DNA from: the human T2T-CHM13v2.0 reference genome, Homo sapiens
Strand: one strand, 5' to 3'
NCBI RefSeq assembly: GCF_009914755.1
Contig: NC_060935.1
DNA length: 64,000 nt
This document shows, piece after piece, positions 13,489-26,510 of the stretch. The first letter of the stretch is position 1, and every line of letters starts with the position of its first letter. Under the pieces are notes generated by a model. The model did not search any database. It was not told the origin of the DNA and saw nothing but the letters and a program-made list of their open reading frames with translations. The position numbers and the translations under genes are program-made.

Positions 13489-13899
13489 CTAAGAGGTGGG
13501 GGAAAAAGAGAAAAGAAACCTGTTATGTGGGTGATTCAATGTGTCATGCTATACTTCAGAAAAATGTATTAAAAACAGAAAGGCTTTGCTGCATGCCAAG
13601 GTTTTTCTTGTCCTCCCAGAGGGGGGAGTTGCAGCTTATTTGCATTTAATATATACAAGCACATGGTGACCTTTAGGATAGGAAAGACTTAATAATAGTT
13701 AAGTCTGTAATGCCAGTTAGTCTAATTTGGTGAAGAGAAGAACTGGAGAAGAGATCCAGCACACATATTTTCAGAACAATGATTAATTTTCTATTGAAAT
13801 AAAATGTTAGCTTTCTAATTTCAGAGCTCACATTGTTTTCACATAATTAATATCCAATTACTGAGAGTAAAAGCCTCCTAAGGATCAGGTTCTCCTGTG

Positions 13900-14620
13900 A
13901 GACTTTCTCCCAAAATATACTCTATTCCCATCCCACAAAGGCCAAGAACTCTGGCCTTTCTTTTTCATTCCTCCTTCCTAATGTATCTCCCTTTTAGGTG
14001 ACTAAAAACACCTCCTAACTGGGTCTCTTGCTCCTTTCTCTCTCCTCAAATCCATTTTATATGTTGAGATGAGGTAAAACCTCCTGAAATTCAGCTTGAC
14101 CACACTATTCTCTTACTTAAATGTTCTCCATTGTTGTTATGTATTTAATATAGTATAAACTCTCCTCTTTGCCATTCTTGCAAGATCAATCAATTTTAAT
14201 ACCCCCCAACACATATCCTATCATCCGCAAACATAGGCTGTGCTTCCTGACATCTGTACCTTTGTTCCACTGTACCATCTACCTAGAATTTGCCTCTCCT
14301 ACCTAACCCATCTCAGATGTTGAAATCTCATTCTGAAGATGCAACTGAAATGCCATCCTATGCATATTTTTCTGATGTTCCAAAGACAGATGATGTATCT
14401 CTTTTCTTTGAGTTCCCAAATAACATTTATATTCACCTCTCCCATGGCATATGCATACCTCTTATTCTGCCAAATATTGCTTTTATTTATATATCTGAGT
14501 TAGCCTTCCTCCCAACAAAGCTCTTTGAAGGCCATGATTCTATCTCCTCTGCATCCCACATATTACCTTACAATGTGCCTTGTACATACTGAAATTACTC
14601 AATACTTATTTGTTAGGTTT
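13900..14620 (+). mobile_element. Degraded L2 in the 2.3-kb intron
   Basis: cctcctaactgggtctct...aagctctttgaaggc...ctcaatacttatttgtt. Confidence 0.6.
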
Positions 14621-15788
14621 ATTAGAGTCGTTTTCTCCCTTTTCTGTCTTTGACATTGACCTTATATGCCCTGCATGAAGTGGCTCACAGACTATCAGGG
14701 CTGATTTTGCTACATTCTTCCAGTTTGAAAAACTCTGAAAGTTAAAACTCTTTCATATTCTAAGGTAAGTCTGATCTCAATTTACTGCCAGCTTGAAAAC
14801 ATACATATTTTGGAGGTAAGTTGTTTCAGAATCATCATTAAGAAAAGCAATAGCTAATGCAATGGGCAGGAAATAAAATTGTTCAACACATTTCTCTCAA
14901 GAGAAACATGTAAGTCTGAGAGAACTTGAACAATTTGCTTGAGACCATAGTACTAATTAATGGCCAGTTCTGAAGACGTTCCAAGTTTCCAGTCTCACAA
15001 ATGGACTCTCAACATTTCAGAATGAGCAAGCTTACTACTGTTGACACAACTATCCCTTACATTTACATAACAAAGTAAATTGCTTCTAAATCTAGTCTTC
15101 AAAGACAGAAACTTAGTTAAGATTCGTGTTGACCTATTAAGAAGAGGAGAACATATGAGGCTTATGCAACAGTGGAAATTTGAGGACCCCAGCATAGTCT
15201 CATTAGTTGTTAGTTGTTGCTGCAGAAGTCCCACTTCCAGCTCACCTCTATTGCCATAGTGACTGATAATTTTCTCCAGCTTACTTGCCAATATAACAAA
15301 TTCAAGTAAAGTAAAAGCTATGTGATGGTGATTGAGGATCATAATTTCGCCATTCAATTGCAAGATCCCCTTTTTCAGGAAGAATCATAGAGCTACCTCT
15401 GGTCTATTTGCCAGTCTCTTTTCTAATCTACTACTACAGAGATCTGAAGTTGGAAGAAATAATATGATGGCATGAGAGTGATCATGCTTTAGGAGCTTGA
15501 GAAATAGCCTTTCAAAATGTATTGCCCATACACTACTTTAATCACACTGTCCTCAACATTAAGCCTTTCCATAATGGTGGGCATGCCAACTCATTAGGAG
15601 ATCTCATCTTCAAACAGGAGGTAAGGGCCTGCAAGGCAACATAGGAGTGGAGTTTAGGATACTCCCTCTGAAGTATTTCCAGAAGTTAACCAAGAGGGAA
15701 GGTACAAGTAGAACACTTTGTCAACAGTTTTATAGAATTCCAGTTCTGCAAGTCTGGCATGCTATTTGAAGATGACAATGGTACTTAC

Positions 15789-15933
15789 AGTGAGTAATAT
15801 CAGGTGGACCATAAGGATCAGTCATATAAATGGTAGTGGGTTTGCCAACTTTTAAATAAACTACCTCTGATGTGTTCTTTAATATTGCTACTGCCTCTTC
15901 GTGTGTTACTTCTTCTAAACTGTAGTTGTTTAC
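15789..15933 (-). CDS. DLG2: DLG2 coding exon, end of PDZ2: [48 protein letters not shown](S)
   Basis: Read by hand (absent from ORF track): ctttttcaccctttcag|GTA AAC AAC TAC...ACT CAC T|gtaagt. 145 nt, phase 0 to 1, in frame with the 30968-31104 exon across a 15,034-nt intron. Confidence 0.97.
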
Positions 15934-17080
15934 CTGAAAGGGTGAAAAAGATCAATATTAGAGTTAAATCTATGGAGCAGAAGAAAAATATTCAGGCAAG
16001 AAGATACCTGGAATTATAAATTGTGATAATTACTGTCCAGTATCCTTGACATAACAGATGAATTAAATGCATTAGTCAAAGCAGATAAGTACAATCAATG
16101 ATTCTATAAAATAAGGTTGCTTCTGCCTTTTTTTAAATGAGGAAGTGATATACAGTAATGGAATTCAGAATAGTATTTGTGGGAAGGAAAATAAGGAGTC
16201 AAATGCCTTTTTTGTTATGCTATAGTTTCTATGATAGAAAAGTAACACATATTAGTGGAAGAAAACTTAAAAAAGAAGAAAATAAAAATCATTCATCATC
16301 TCCCTACTTAGATATATTGCCTTAAACAATTTTGACTTTATTATACACATTGTTTTGGAACCTGCTTTTTAAACCTAGAGTGACTAGTTGTTTGTAGCAG
16401 CAATGTAGTTTAACAAGATGACTTTTGTTTTCTGCAGAGCATTATGTTGCATGACTACAGTATAATGATCTAACCAGTTTCTTACTAGCGCATGTTTAGT
16501 TTGCTTCTAATTTTTTAAAACTATAAATAATGTTGCACTAATCCTTTTTCTATATTTGTGCACAACTCTGATAATATTTCTTTGATACACATTTACCCAT
16601 ACAAGTGAAACTGCTGGACCAAACTATATGAACATTATCAGGGCTTTTGATACCTAGTGTGAAAATGCCTGTTTCCCTCTGGAAAGATGAACCGGTTTAC
16701 TCTCATACCAGCATTATATGAGAGCCCTCATTTCCTTATAGCTTCGCCAAACCTTGATTTTTTCACTTTAAAATGGTTCTCATCAAAATGTCATTTAATA
16801 TGAGTCTATTCAGAACACGTCTTTTCAGGTGAGCAAGTTCAAGGGTACCCTATTGTCATTGTGTTAACAGAAATGCCTCTTTCTTTATTGCATGGAAAAG
16901 CCTGTGATACAAATGATACACTGACTTCATGGCAGTGGCATTACAGTGGGTCTCTGCACCACTTCTCTGAAATGATTTTAAGATAATCTCTCTAAAAAGA
17001 CTTAAACTTTGAGGAAATTAGAATAAACGTTAATTCAGGAAGTATTTCAAATACCTAGGTTATCCGTATCTGGCTACTAT

Positions 17081-18502
17081 ATAAAAAAATAAATTTTGTT
17101 GTGTATATTTCAGGTTCACAGCATGATGTTATATCACACATATAGATAATAAAGTGGTCACTATAGTGAAGTAAATTAACATATCCATCATCATAGTTAT
17201 AATTTTTTGTGACAAGAGCAGCTAAAATCTACTTATTTCGCAAAATTCCTAATATAATACAATTTTATTAACTATAGTCTTTATGTTACACATTAGACCT
17301 CTAGACTTGTTCATCCTACATATCTGCTACTTTTTATCCTTTCATCTGTATCTCCCCATTTTCCACCTCCCCCTGTAACCACTGTTTTATCCTCTATCTC
17401 TGTATATTTGACTTTTATTTTTTAAGATTCCACATATAAGTGAGATCATGCAATATTGTTCCTTCTGTTCTGGCTTACTTCATTTAGCATAATGCCCTCC
17501 AAGTCTACCCATGTTGTGGTAAATGGCAGGATCTCCCATTTTTTAAGGCTGAATATTTCATTGTGCATATATACCACATTTTCTTTATCCTTTTATCCAC
17601 TGACAGGCATGAAGGTCGTTGCCATATCTTGGCTATTGTAAATAATGCTGCATTGAACATGGGAGTGCAGATATCTTTACAAGGTGGTGATTTCATCTTC
17701 TCTGGGTATATAACAAGACCAGAGATTGCTGGGTAACATGGTAAATCTATTTTTAATTTATTTAGGAGCCTGCATACTGTTTTCCATAATGGCTACACCA
17801 GTCTGCATCCCAATCAATAGTGTACAAGTGCTCCCTTTTCTCCACATCCTCACTGACATTTGTTATTCTCATCTTTTTGATAATAGCCATCCTAACAGTT
17901 GTGAAGTGATATCTCATGGCAGTTTAGATTTCCATTTCCTTGATGATTAGTGATATTAAGCACCTTTTTGCATACCTGTTGGACATTTTTGCATCTTCTT
18001 TGGAGAAATATTTATTCATGTCCTCTGTGCATTTTTAAAATCCTGTTAATGTTTTTCTACTCTTGAGTTGTATCAGTTCTTTATAAATTTTGGTTATTAA
18101 CCTATCATCAGATATATGGTTTGCAATTTTTTCCCAATTTGTTTCATTTTGTTGATTGTTTCCTTTGCTTTGCAGAAGATTTTGAATTTAATGTAGTCCT
18201 ATTTATTTTTCCTTTTGTAGCCTGAGCTTTTAACGTGATATCCAAAACAACATTGTCAATGACAAGGTCAAGGAAGCTTTTCCCCTATGTTCTTTTCTAG
18301 AAATTTTATGGTTTTAGGTTTTACGTTTAGGTCTTTTAGCCAAATTGAGCTGATTTTTGCATATGGCATTAGAGTCCAATTTCATTCTTTTGCATGTGGA
18401 GATTCCATTTTCCCAGTATCATTCATTGAAAAGACTAGCCTTTCTTCATCATGTTCTCTTATTTTCTTTGTCAAAACTTAGTTGACCATATATGTTTGAA
18501 TT
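17081..18502 (-). mobile_element. 5'-truncated L1MA (L1MA8/9-like)
   Basis: L1MA 3' UTR and ORF2 C-terminal remnants ([17 protein letters not shown]); TSD tatctggctactat (17067) / tatttggctactat (18503). Confidence 0.85.
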
Positions 18503-18999
18503 TATTTGGCTACTATTTCTTTAATGACATAATTGTTTAATTACTTTCCACTGGTATAATGTAAAATTAAAATAAATGTCCCAAAAGCATTGGACTGAAT
18601 TCCTATAGTACACATTATCTATACTATCTAATTAGCACTTCAGCTATACCATACTTTGCAGCACTACTATTCGTAATCTTTATTATTTTGCTCCATGTTG
18701 CTATGTAAGTTCCATGTGCTAGTTAATCCTTGGTGATGTAGCCCAGGTTAGGGACTGTGGAACTGGAGAGAATTGAACCTGACTGATGTGTTTGAATGCT
18801 GGCTGTGAGTTCTCCATTAAGCCGTAAGCTTCTCTAGCACCTCTCACATTTCTCTTCTAGATAAGACATGTTCCCTTAAATCGTTTTTCATTTCAGTGTC
18901 TGGCATTTGTTTATTCACTGATCAAATGTTTACTGCATACCTGTTATGTGTCAGACTCTGGGCCAGATATTAGAGATATGATAAATAATAAAAATGATA

Positions 19000-19270
19000 A
19001 TCAATAATCATAGTAAACACATATAGCCCATATTACATGCCAGGCACTATTTTAAAGTATTTTACATATATTAACACAATCAAACTTTCACGATAACTTA
19101 TGAGGTAGCTATTATAATTACCTTATTTTACAGATGAGAAAAGTGTGTCTCCAAGAGGTTAAGAAACTTGCCCCAAGTCATTGATCTGGTAAGTGTCAGA
19201 GGCAGAATTCAAAGCTAGACAGTTTGGCTCCAGAAACCATGCTGTTAACCACTCAGCTATACTACTTCTT
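19000..19270 (-). mobile_element. MIR inside an L2 remnant
   Basis: ttatttacagatgagaa...gaggttaagaaacttgcccc...tggctccaga. Confidence 0.75.
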
Positions 19271-19999
19271 CCAGATAGACAAGGTCCTTGCTTTCATGAA
19301 ACCCACATTAATAATACACAATTGTTTGTGGAATGAATGGATAGAAGAATAGACTCATGCAGAGAGGGAGAATGTAGAGGAACTTCAGGTATGGAGAACA
19401 TAGTTGATAATGGCAGCCCTTAATAATACAGAAATAACACGATAATAATAATAACTAACATTTATTTAATACTTGCATGCCATATATTTTAGGAGTCCTA
19501 TGTCACATATTTTGACATGAATCATATAACTTATCATGAGAAGAGCTCCAGGAAGTAGATACTATTAATCAGGCAAATTTTACAGATGAGAAAAACTGTT
19601 TTTTAAAGAGATTAACTTGCAACAAAGAGGTCACACTGCCTCCAATTGTCAAAGCCATCAATTGGATCACAAGCCTCCTTACGAGATGAAAATGAGATTA
19701 TATTTGTATGTTGATTCATTAAAAGCTAGGGCTCATATCACCTGTTCTTTCTCCCTTTAGGAGAACAGGGTTTCTTTCCGAGTTTACATATAAAAGTAGA
19801 ATAAATTCCAAAGTATTATAAAAGCTTGAGGAATCATTATATTTCCTGCTTAATCCAGTGGTAATAGTATACTGCATCATCCTAATACACTGACCAGTCA
19901 AAAAATAAATAAGTAAAATGGAAAGCAGCTTAACATATCTCACTGATCTCACTGTCTCTTCAAAACCTTCTTATACATTTGATTAATCATTTATTTTAG

Positions 20000-20356
<357 letters not shown>

Positions 20357-21679
20357 TGATGTTCTATGGTTTAAAATGTATATGAAAGTGGGTGTTTCCT
20401 CTAAAAAAAAAAAAGATTGCCTAAGGCAGCTTTTAATACTGTGACTATGGCCCACAAAAACATCTATACTGAGAGAACAGAAGAGAAACAGTATCTGGTG
20501 GCATAACACAGGGGGAATGAGAAGTCAATAATAATTAAAAATAAAAACCAAAGGCTAGAAACTAACTGGATTAGATTATAAGTGACAGCAAAGCTCTGTT
20601 TCTGACAAGGGCTCATTGTCTCTCTCCTCAGAGTATGGAAACTACACAGCTCATTAGATTATCAGTGAAAGAGAAATGTGGTCAGTGCTTATTAAATTGC
20701 ACCTTTTGCCATTTTTAAGGTGGGCAGTGAAATGATCCAGAAAATATTACCTTCAACAACATTTTCATAGAGTGACTTTGCTAACAGAGTCTTCAGACCA
20801 CGAGGAAAATTTTTAGACCATAAAGCAGAAGTTGAGGGAAAGGTAGTGGTGAGAAATGGGGAAAGAGGATACTGGGGAGAATAATAATAGTGGTTTAAAA
20901 TAGTGGTAGTTCACTCAGTTTCTATTTGGTGACTGAAATATTGAAAAATTTACATAGATTTCAGTCACAGAACAGGTGGTATTATGATACTGGCAACAGA
21001 ATGTAGTGATTAAAAGCACATGCTTTTGAGTCACGCATACTGAAGCTTAGACCCTGGTGCTTCCTAGCTGTGTGATTTGGGGAGACTTGTTTAACCTTGT
21101 AAGCTTTAGTTTTGACATCTGCAAAACAGGAATGATAGCAGTTACTGCTTCAAAAGGCTATTGATTAAAATGTGTTGGCCTATATAAAGTGACAGGCACA
21201 ATACAGTTCTTAATGTTAGCTCTTATCACTAATACTATTGTCATCATCTGTAAGCAGGATTTCTTGGTGAAAATTTTCGCTGATCATTTTCTTATAAACA
21301 TCTGTGAACTGATGAGTTTAATTAGGGTGCTGCTGATGAAGCTTCTGTGTGGTCTTTTTAAAAATTCAGAATAGTACCGGATTTGGACCAAAAAGTGCTC
21401 TTTTGTGCTGAAGTCTTCAAAATGTTTTCCACAAAAGTGAGTTTGTTTGGGTTAATTATGTGTGTGCATTATCCTATGAACTCTCAAGATAAAGGGCCTA
21501 CAGCTGGAGCTGATTGTATGCAATGAGAAGGGACATTACACTGATTGGCTAGTTGCTCTTGTCATTGTTTGTCATTGTCTTTTTTATTCTTTTTTTTCTC
21601 ATTTGCATCAAATATCTGCCTATAATGGTGAACACTGAGCAACTGGCCTGGTTTCAAGGAAAAAAATCATGTGAATTTG

Positions 21680-22230
21680 ATTGAAGTGCTCTCTGTGGGG
21701 TGCACCACACAGACGGGGACATATGTGCAGCCTGGCTGTGTGTTTGCTAATAGGAAAGAGGACTGAGGCCAAGAAAGAGAGGCTGGAGGTGAGATGACTC
21801 ATTCTCTCAAACAGAAGAGGGAGCACTGAATTTGAACATGATGCAGACAAAGGAAGGCAAACCAGCTGAAGAAAGAGGTGCCAGGAGACTTGCAAGGAGA
21901 CATGGCAAGTTTTGTGGGAATTCAAATGTGTGTAAGCAAACATAAATGTAATAATACAAAGGTGGGAGGTGTGGGGGCATGAGAATATAATAAAGAGGAA
22001 TGAGCAATATAGAGATGGCAAGATACTGACCTTTCCATGTTCTTGCAGGAATATCAGTATGGTGGGATGAACTGGGAGGTGATTACAGACATTAAGGTTA
22101 CCTAAGGCATAGTACAAGGAAATGTGGAACTCTAGAATCATTGGTAAGAAAACTCTAAAGTTAACTTTTAAACAGGAAACAAAGTGGCTGATCATTAGGT
22201 TGTAAGATAAATTAAAAAGCAGACCAATCC
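21680..22230 (-). mobile_element. Degraded L2
   Basis: Purine-rich L2-like body; explains the spurious 223-aa ORF. Confidence 0.5.
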
Positions 22231-24123
22231 AATGTAGTAATGCCAATGCTATGAAAATAAATATGCATAAACCAAGGATTAAAATCTCCATAGTACTCTG
22301 AAATTAACTATTATAATAAAATGTATTCAAAATAATAACTATTAATAAATAAAAGGCATGTTAGTAATGGTTATCTTTGGATAATAAATATTTTCTTGTT
22401 TTTCATCTTTTCAGAAATGAATATGTATGTCATAGAGCAAAATTAACTCTAAATGAGCAAGAACAAAAACTTTAAGAAAGAACAGAAGCTAAGTACAGTG
22501 GTGTCATTATGAGACACACACAGCAGCATCTCATGAGTAATGAAAATCGGAATGGGAAAAAAGAAAGTTAATTTCTCAAGGCCAATGAATAGACTTAAAT
22601 TTACTAGAAATAATATTCATATGTTAAACCTTGCTGTTTCTAGAAACGAAGGCAACTTGATACAGGGAGAATAATTTTGAACATAGAATCAGATCAGATC
22701 TGGTTTTAATTCCTAGTTTCACGAATTTAAGTCAGTTAACATATTTACTAAGAATTCATTTTCTTACATGTAAAATGGGAATTATACTTATTTGTAGATT
22801 TGTGTTTATGAGAAAAGAATAATACCATGAAGTTGAAAAGACTCTGTATGATATAAAGTAGCATACGAATAGAAATCAAACAGCCATAATCAGACATCAT
22901 GCTTTGTTGATCCTGCTGCTGTTCAGGGCTCTTTATGTAGAAATTATCAATCCCTATATTGTGAAACACTTATTCCTACAGTGCCTCTTCCCACCTCCAA
23001 GAATGATCTTCTCAAGGGCAACTGATTAGATCATATTCATCTCTATTCCCCTAGCTGATGCAATATAAATAGTTGGCACTTAATAAGTGTTGAGGTATTA
23101 AGCTAAGTTTTAAAAAAATGATCGCAGAACACCAAAGGAAAAGCAATCAAAATTCCCTATTTTATAGAAAGAATGAAGCATTTGTGTTGCATTCTATTTT
23201 ACATTTGTGTTGAGTCAGAGAGTAAAGCAATAAGAATGAAGGTCATTCAAGCAACAATACACATTTATTGGATACCCACTCTGTGCCAGGCACAGGATAT
23301 AAGGATGAAAAGCTGGTACAGAATCTTAGCACCAGATCATATTAGTTTATAAGGTACACAGTCAAAGCTCCATCATTGTGATTCTATTCTTCCTTCATTA
23401 ATCATTAATTCATTTCTTAACCTTTTACTCCATATAAAGAAAGAGAGCAAGCAAGAGTGATTGTTTTGATTTACTCAAATTTCTTCTCTAGCAGAGGTCA
23501 CCAAAATGGACAGTATGATATGAACCCTAGGGCAATCCACTGGGTACAAGAGAAAAACATTTGCATTTCTATTAATATTAATCACATGGATATTTATATT
23601 TCTATTTCCATTTTCATATGTTTTAAAATGTAAACAATATATTAGCATAGTAATATATATGTAATTTAGAGTAGAGAAATATATTAGTGGCAACCTTTGG
23701 AGTGTGCTATTAAGATAATTTTAAAATGACAGCAACATGATACTTACAGAGCAGATTCTATAAAGAGGGCTATTACACTGAGTATAAGCAAAATAAAAAA
23801 GAGTGCAATAGGAGGTTCTAACCCTTAAATAAAATATGTCATAGCAATTACATTGTATTATAACTTATTACATTTGAGATAAATTAGAAGAGAGTTCAAG
23901 AAACAGTTGTCCAGGTTTTATCCTGTTGTTTCAGAAGTGACTTTAAACTCAGGGGACAGAATTTTGAGAGTGAACTGTTCTAAATTTTTTTTAGCCAATT
24001 GCAGGTAATTGCTAAATTATACTCTACTGGCTTGATAGAATGAGCACTACCACCAAAGTTGTCCTTAGGAGATGCAGTGGTAGCAGCAGAATGGGCTAGG
24101 ATGTGGTTAGATCAAGGTAGGAT

Positions 24124-24310
24124 GGTGGTTCTTAACCCGGCTGCACATTAAAATCATTTGGAAAACCTAAAAAAATAAAATAAAATGAAGCATGATCCCT
24201 ACCCCAGAAATCCAGATTTGATTATTCAGGGTTGACTGAGGACTGGGTATTCATAGTGTTCAAGAGCTTATCTTGAGATTCAAATGTGTAACCAAAATCA
24301 AGAATCAGAG
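24124..24310. mobile_element. MER5A hAT-Charlie MITE
   Basis: gtggttcttaacccggctgcacattaaaatca...ccctaccccagaaatc...gattcaaatgtgtaacca...agaatc. Confidence 0.75.
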
Positions 24311-26199
24311 ATGTTGACAAAACCAGTGAAAGGAATTTAACTTCAGGACATCAAAATCTATGTCTGAATCCAATTTCACAATTTACTAGTTATGTAATAT
24401 TGGAAATCCCTTTGTCTAAGTTCTAACTGAGTTCTAACTTTCCTTCTGAAAAATAAGAATAACAGTAATGACTGTCCTAACTACCTCTCAAAGATGGGGG
24501 TTAAGAATAAATGAGGTGTTGTAGGCAAAAGATCTTTTCAAGATGAAAGCAATGTGTTGTTGGTAGGAAAGAGACATGCTCAGAGAGTTACAGGTCTTGA
24601 TTCTAAGATATCTAAGGTTGGTATAACCAATGAATATGCTTTAACATCCCATTCATTATTCAGATAATTTCTACATATTCGCAATGTCTTCAATTTGATT
24701 TTCTTATTGATACTTGGATGAAATCAGGCAATTTTGTAGATTTACCAAAAATAATAACAATTTCAGTCATCACAACTAATACTCATTCAGAAACTTGCAT
24801 TGTTTCTACTCACATTTCCTAAAGTATTTCATGGCTTTACTCTAGGATATTTATTTTCAAATAAAAATAAGATATGCTCACACATAGCACATCCTGAGTA
24901 TATTCCACTAAACACTAGTTTTAGGTGTTTTGTAAGTATTGCTCTAAGAAGAAGGCTCCATGATAAAACAGATTTGTTAATCAAAATCAAATCACTTACT
25001 TGATGGCAGGACTTCACAGAATTTTTAATATGCTAAAATTCATTGAGAATCTTCAAGAGAATTGGGATACAAGTTGCAGAATTTAGCAAACGTATTTGGT
25101 CAGAGTCTATTCACGTGACACAGAAAAGAGAACAATATTTTAAAGCATACTTTTGGAAATACCAATCTAATATAATGCTACTATGGTACAGAGGCCAAAA
25201 TAGAAGACCAAAGATGGATGTGACTTGCCCAAGACAGATTAGGTAGAATCAGTGCTAGGTGCCTGTGACTGAAATCCAGCTTTCTCATCTGAGTCCAGTG
25301 TCTTTCCGCTCGACTTCAATGTCTCTGTTACTTTTCCTGTCACTTACTACTTCCCTTTAAGGAAAGAAAACACAAGAACTAATTCTCTGTAAAAGGTATA
25401 AAAGTTCTCTCACTGACAATTTTTTCTTCAAATGTCGAGCAGGGGTTATGGAAAGAAGAGGCTAAGATTTTAAACCTTAAATTACAATGTGCCAAGGGGC
25501 TTTGTCAACTAATAACTAATGCTGTCCCTGCAGAGAAGACAATCAAATTATCCTGGATTCAACATTTCTGGTTTATATAGAAAAAGGGGAAGAAGTTAAC
25601 ACTTTTCTAATATATTGGGCTATATGTATCACCTTGGAAGTGCTTAATAAAGCCAATATGTGAAAATATATGAAAGAATTTAAAAATCTGTTATGCTGTT
25701 AAACTCTGACTACCACTGAAATTCAAGGCCAAGAGAATCTATTTCATCTGAGACTACAACACTAAACCACTGGTACAATCCACAAAATCCAATGTCACTG
25801 TCACTTTACCATTTAAAAAACAAAACAAAATTCTAGTGAACAATAAATTCTAAGTGACAAAGGAAATTTTTAAAAATATTATTTTGCTAAAAAGAACATA
25901 TACCATGTATTTGGGTGACCCATTAAACATCAGAGTGGTCTGATATTATGGTCATCTTATTTAAAATACCAAGAGGTTTATTGCAAAGGTAACAGACAGA
26001 GTAATTGTTTCTTTAAGTAGAATATTTACAAAGGTCACATACTATACTATTACATGGAATTTTTAAAGTAGGAAATAAAACTGTAAGGAATATAAAGAAG
26101 TTTTGTAATAAGTATAATCTATTTACAGAAGATAAATGAATATGTGATAAAATTTACTGGAAGAGAGAGAAAAGGTCTAAAACATCCTAAAAAACTGAG

Positions 26200-26510
26200 A
26201 AGTGGAGAAGTGGAAAGACATAGCTCTTTCAAACATATGTGGAAGAGGAATTAGTCTTCACCTTTTTGTTTTCAAGTGACAGAGCTATGAATAAAGGGGG
26301 ACATTTACAGGAAAATATATTTTAACAGAATTTTAAGGAAAACATTTTAATGATACTTATTACCTAATAAATAGTTTTCGGGAGGTATTATCCATCCTTA
26401 AAGGAGGTTCTATGAGAGGTCAGAGACTGCTTCACATGCTTGCTTTTCTGATGCACCAAGCAAGAGTTGATAAAAGATGACCTTTAAGATACATACGTTA
26501 AATTCTGAGA
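26200..26510 (+). mobile_element. L3/CR1 3' fragment
   Basis: ttacaggaaaatatattt...taaggaaaacattttaa...gatgacctttaag resembles the CR1 3' end. Confidence 0.5.

Noticed and set aside
13612-13645. CTCF-like CCCAGAGGGGGGAG and octamer ATTTGCAT upstream of the linker exon
   Set aside because: CTCF match is imperfect and single octamers are expected by chance in 64 kb.
21620-22291. 223-aa hydrophobic ORF
   Set aside because: Reverse complement of purine-rich L2-like sequence; no recognisable domain.
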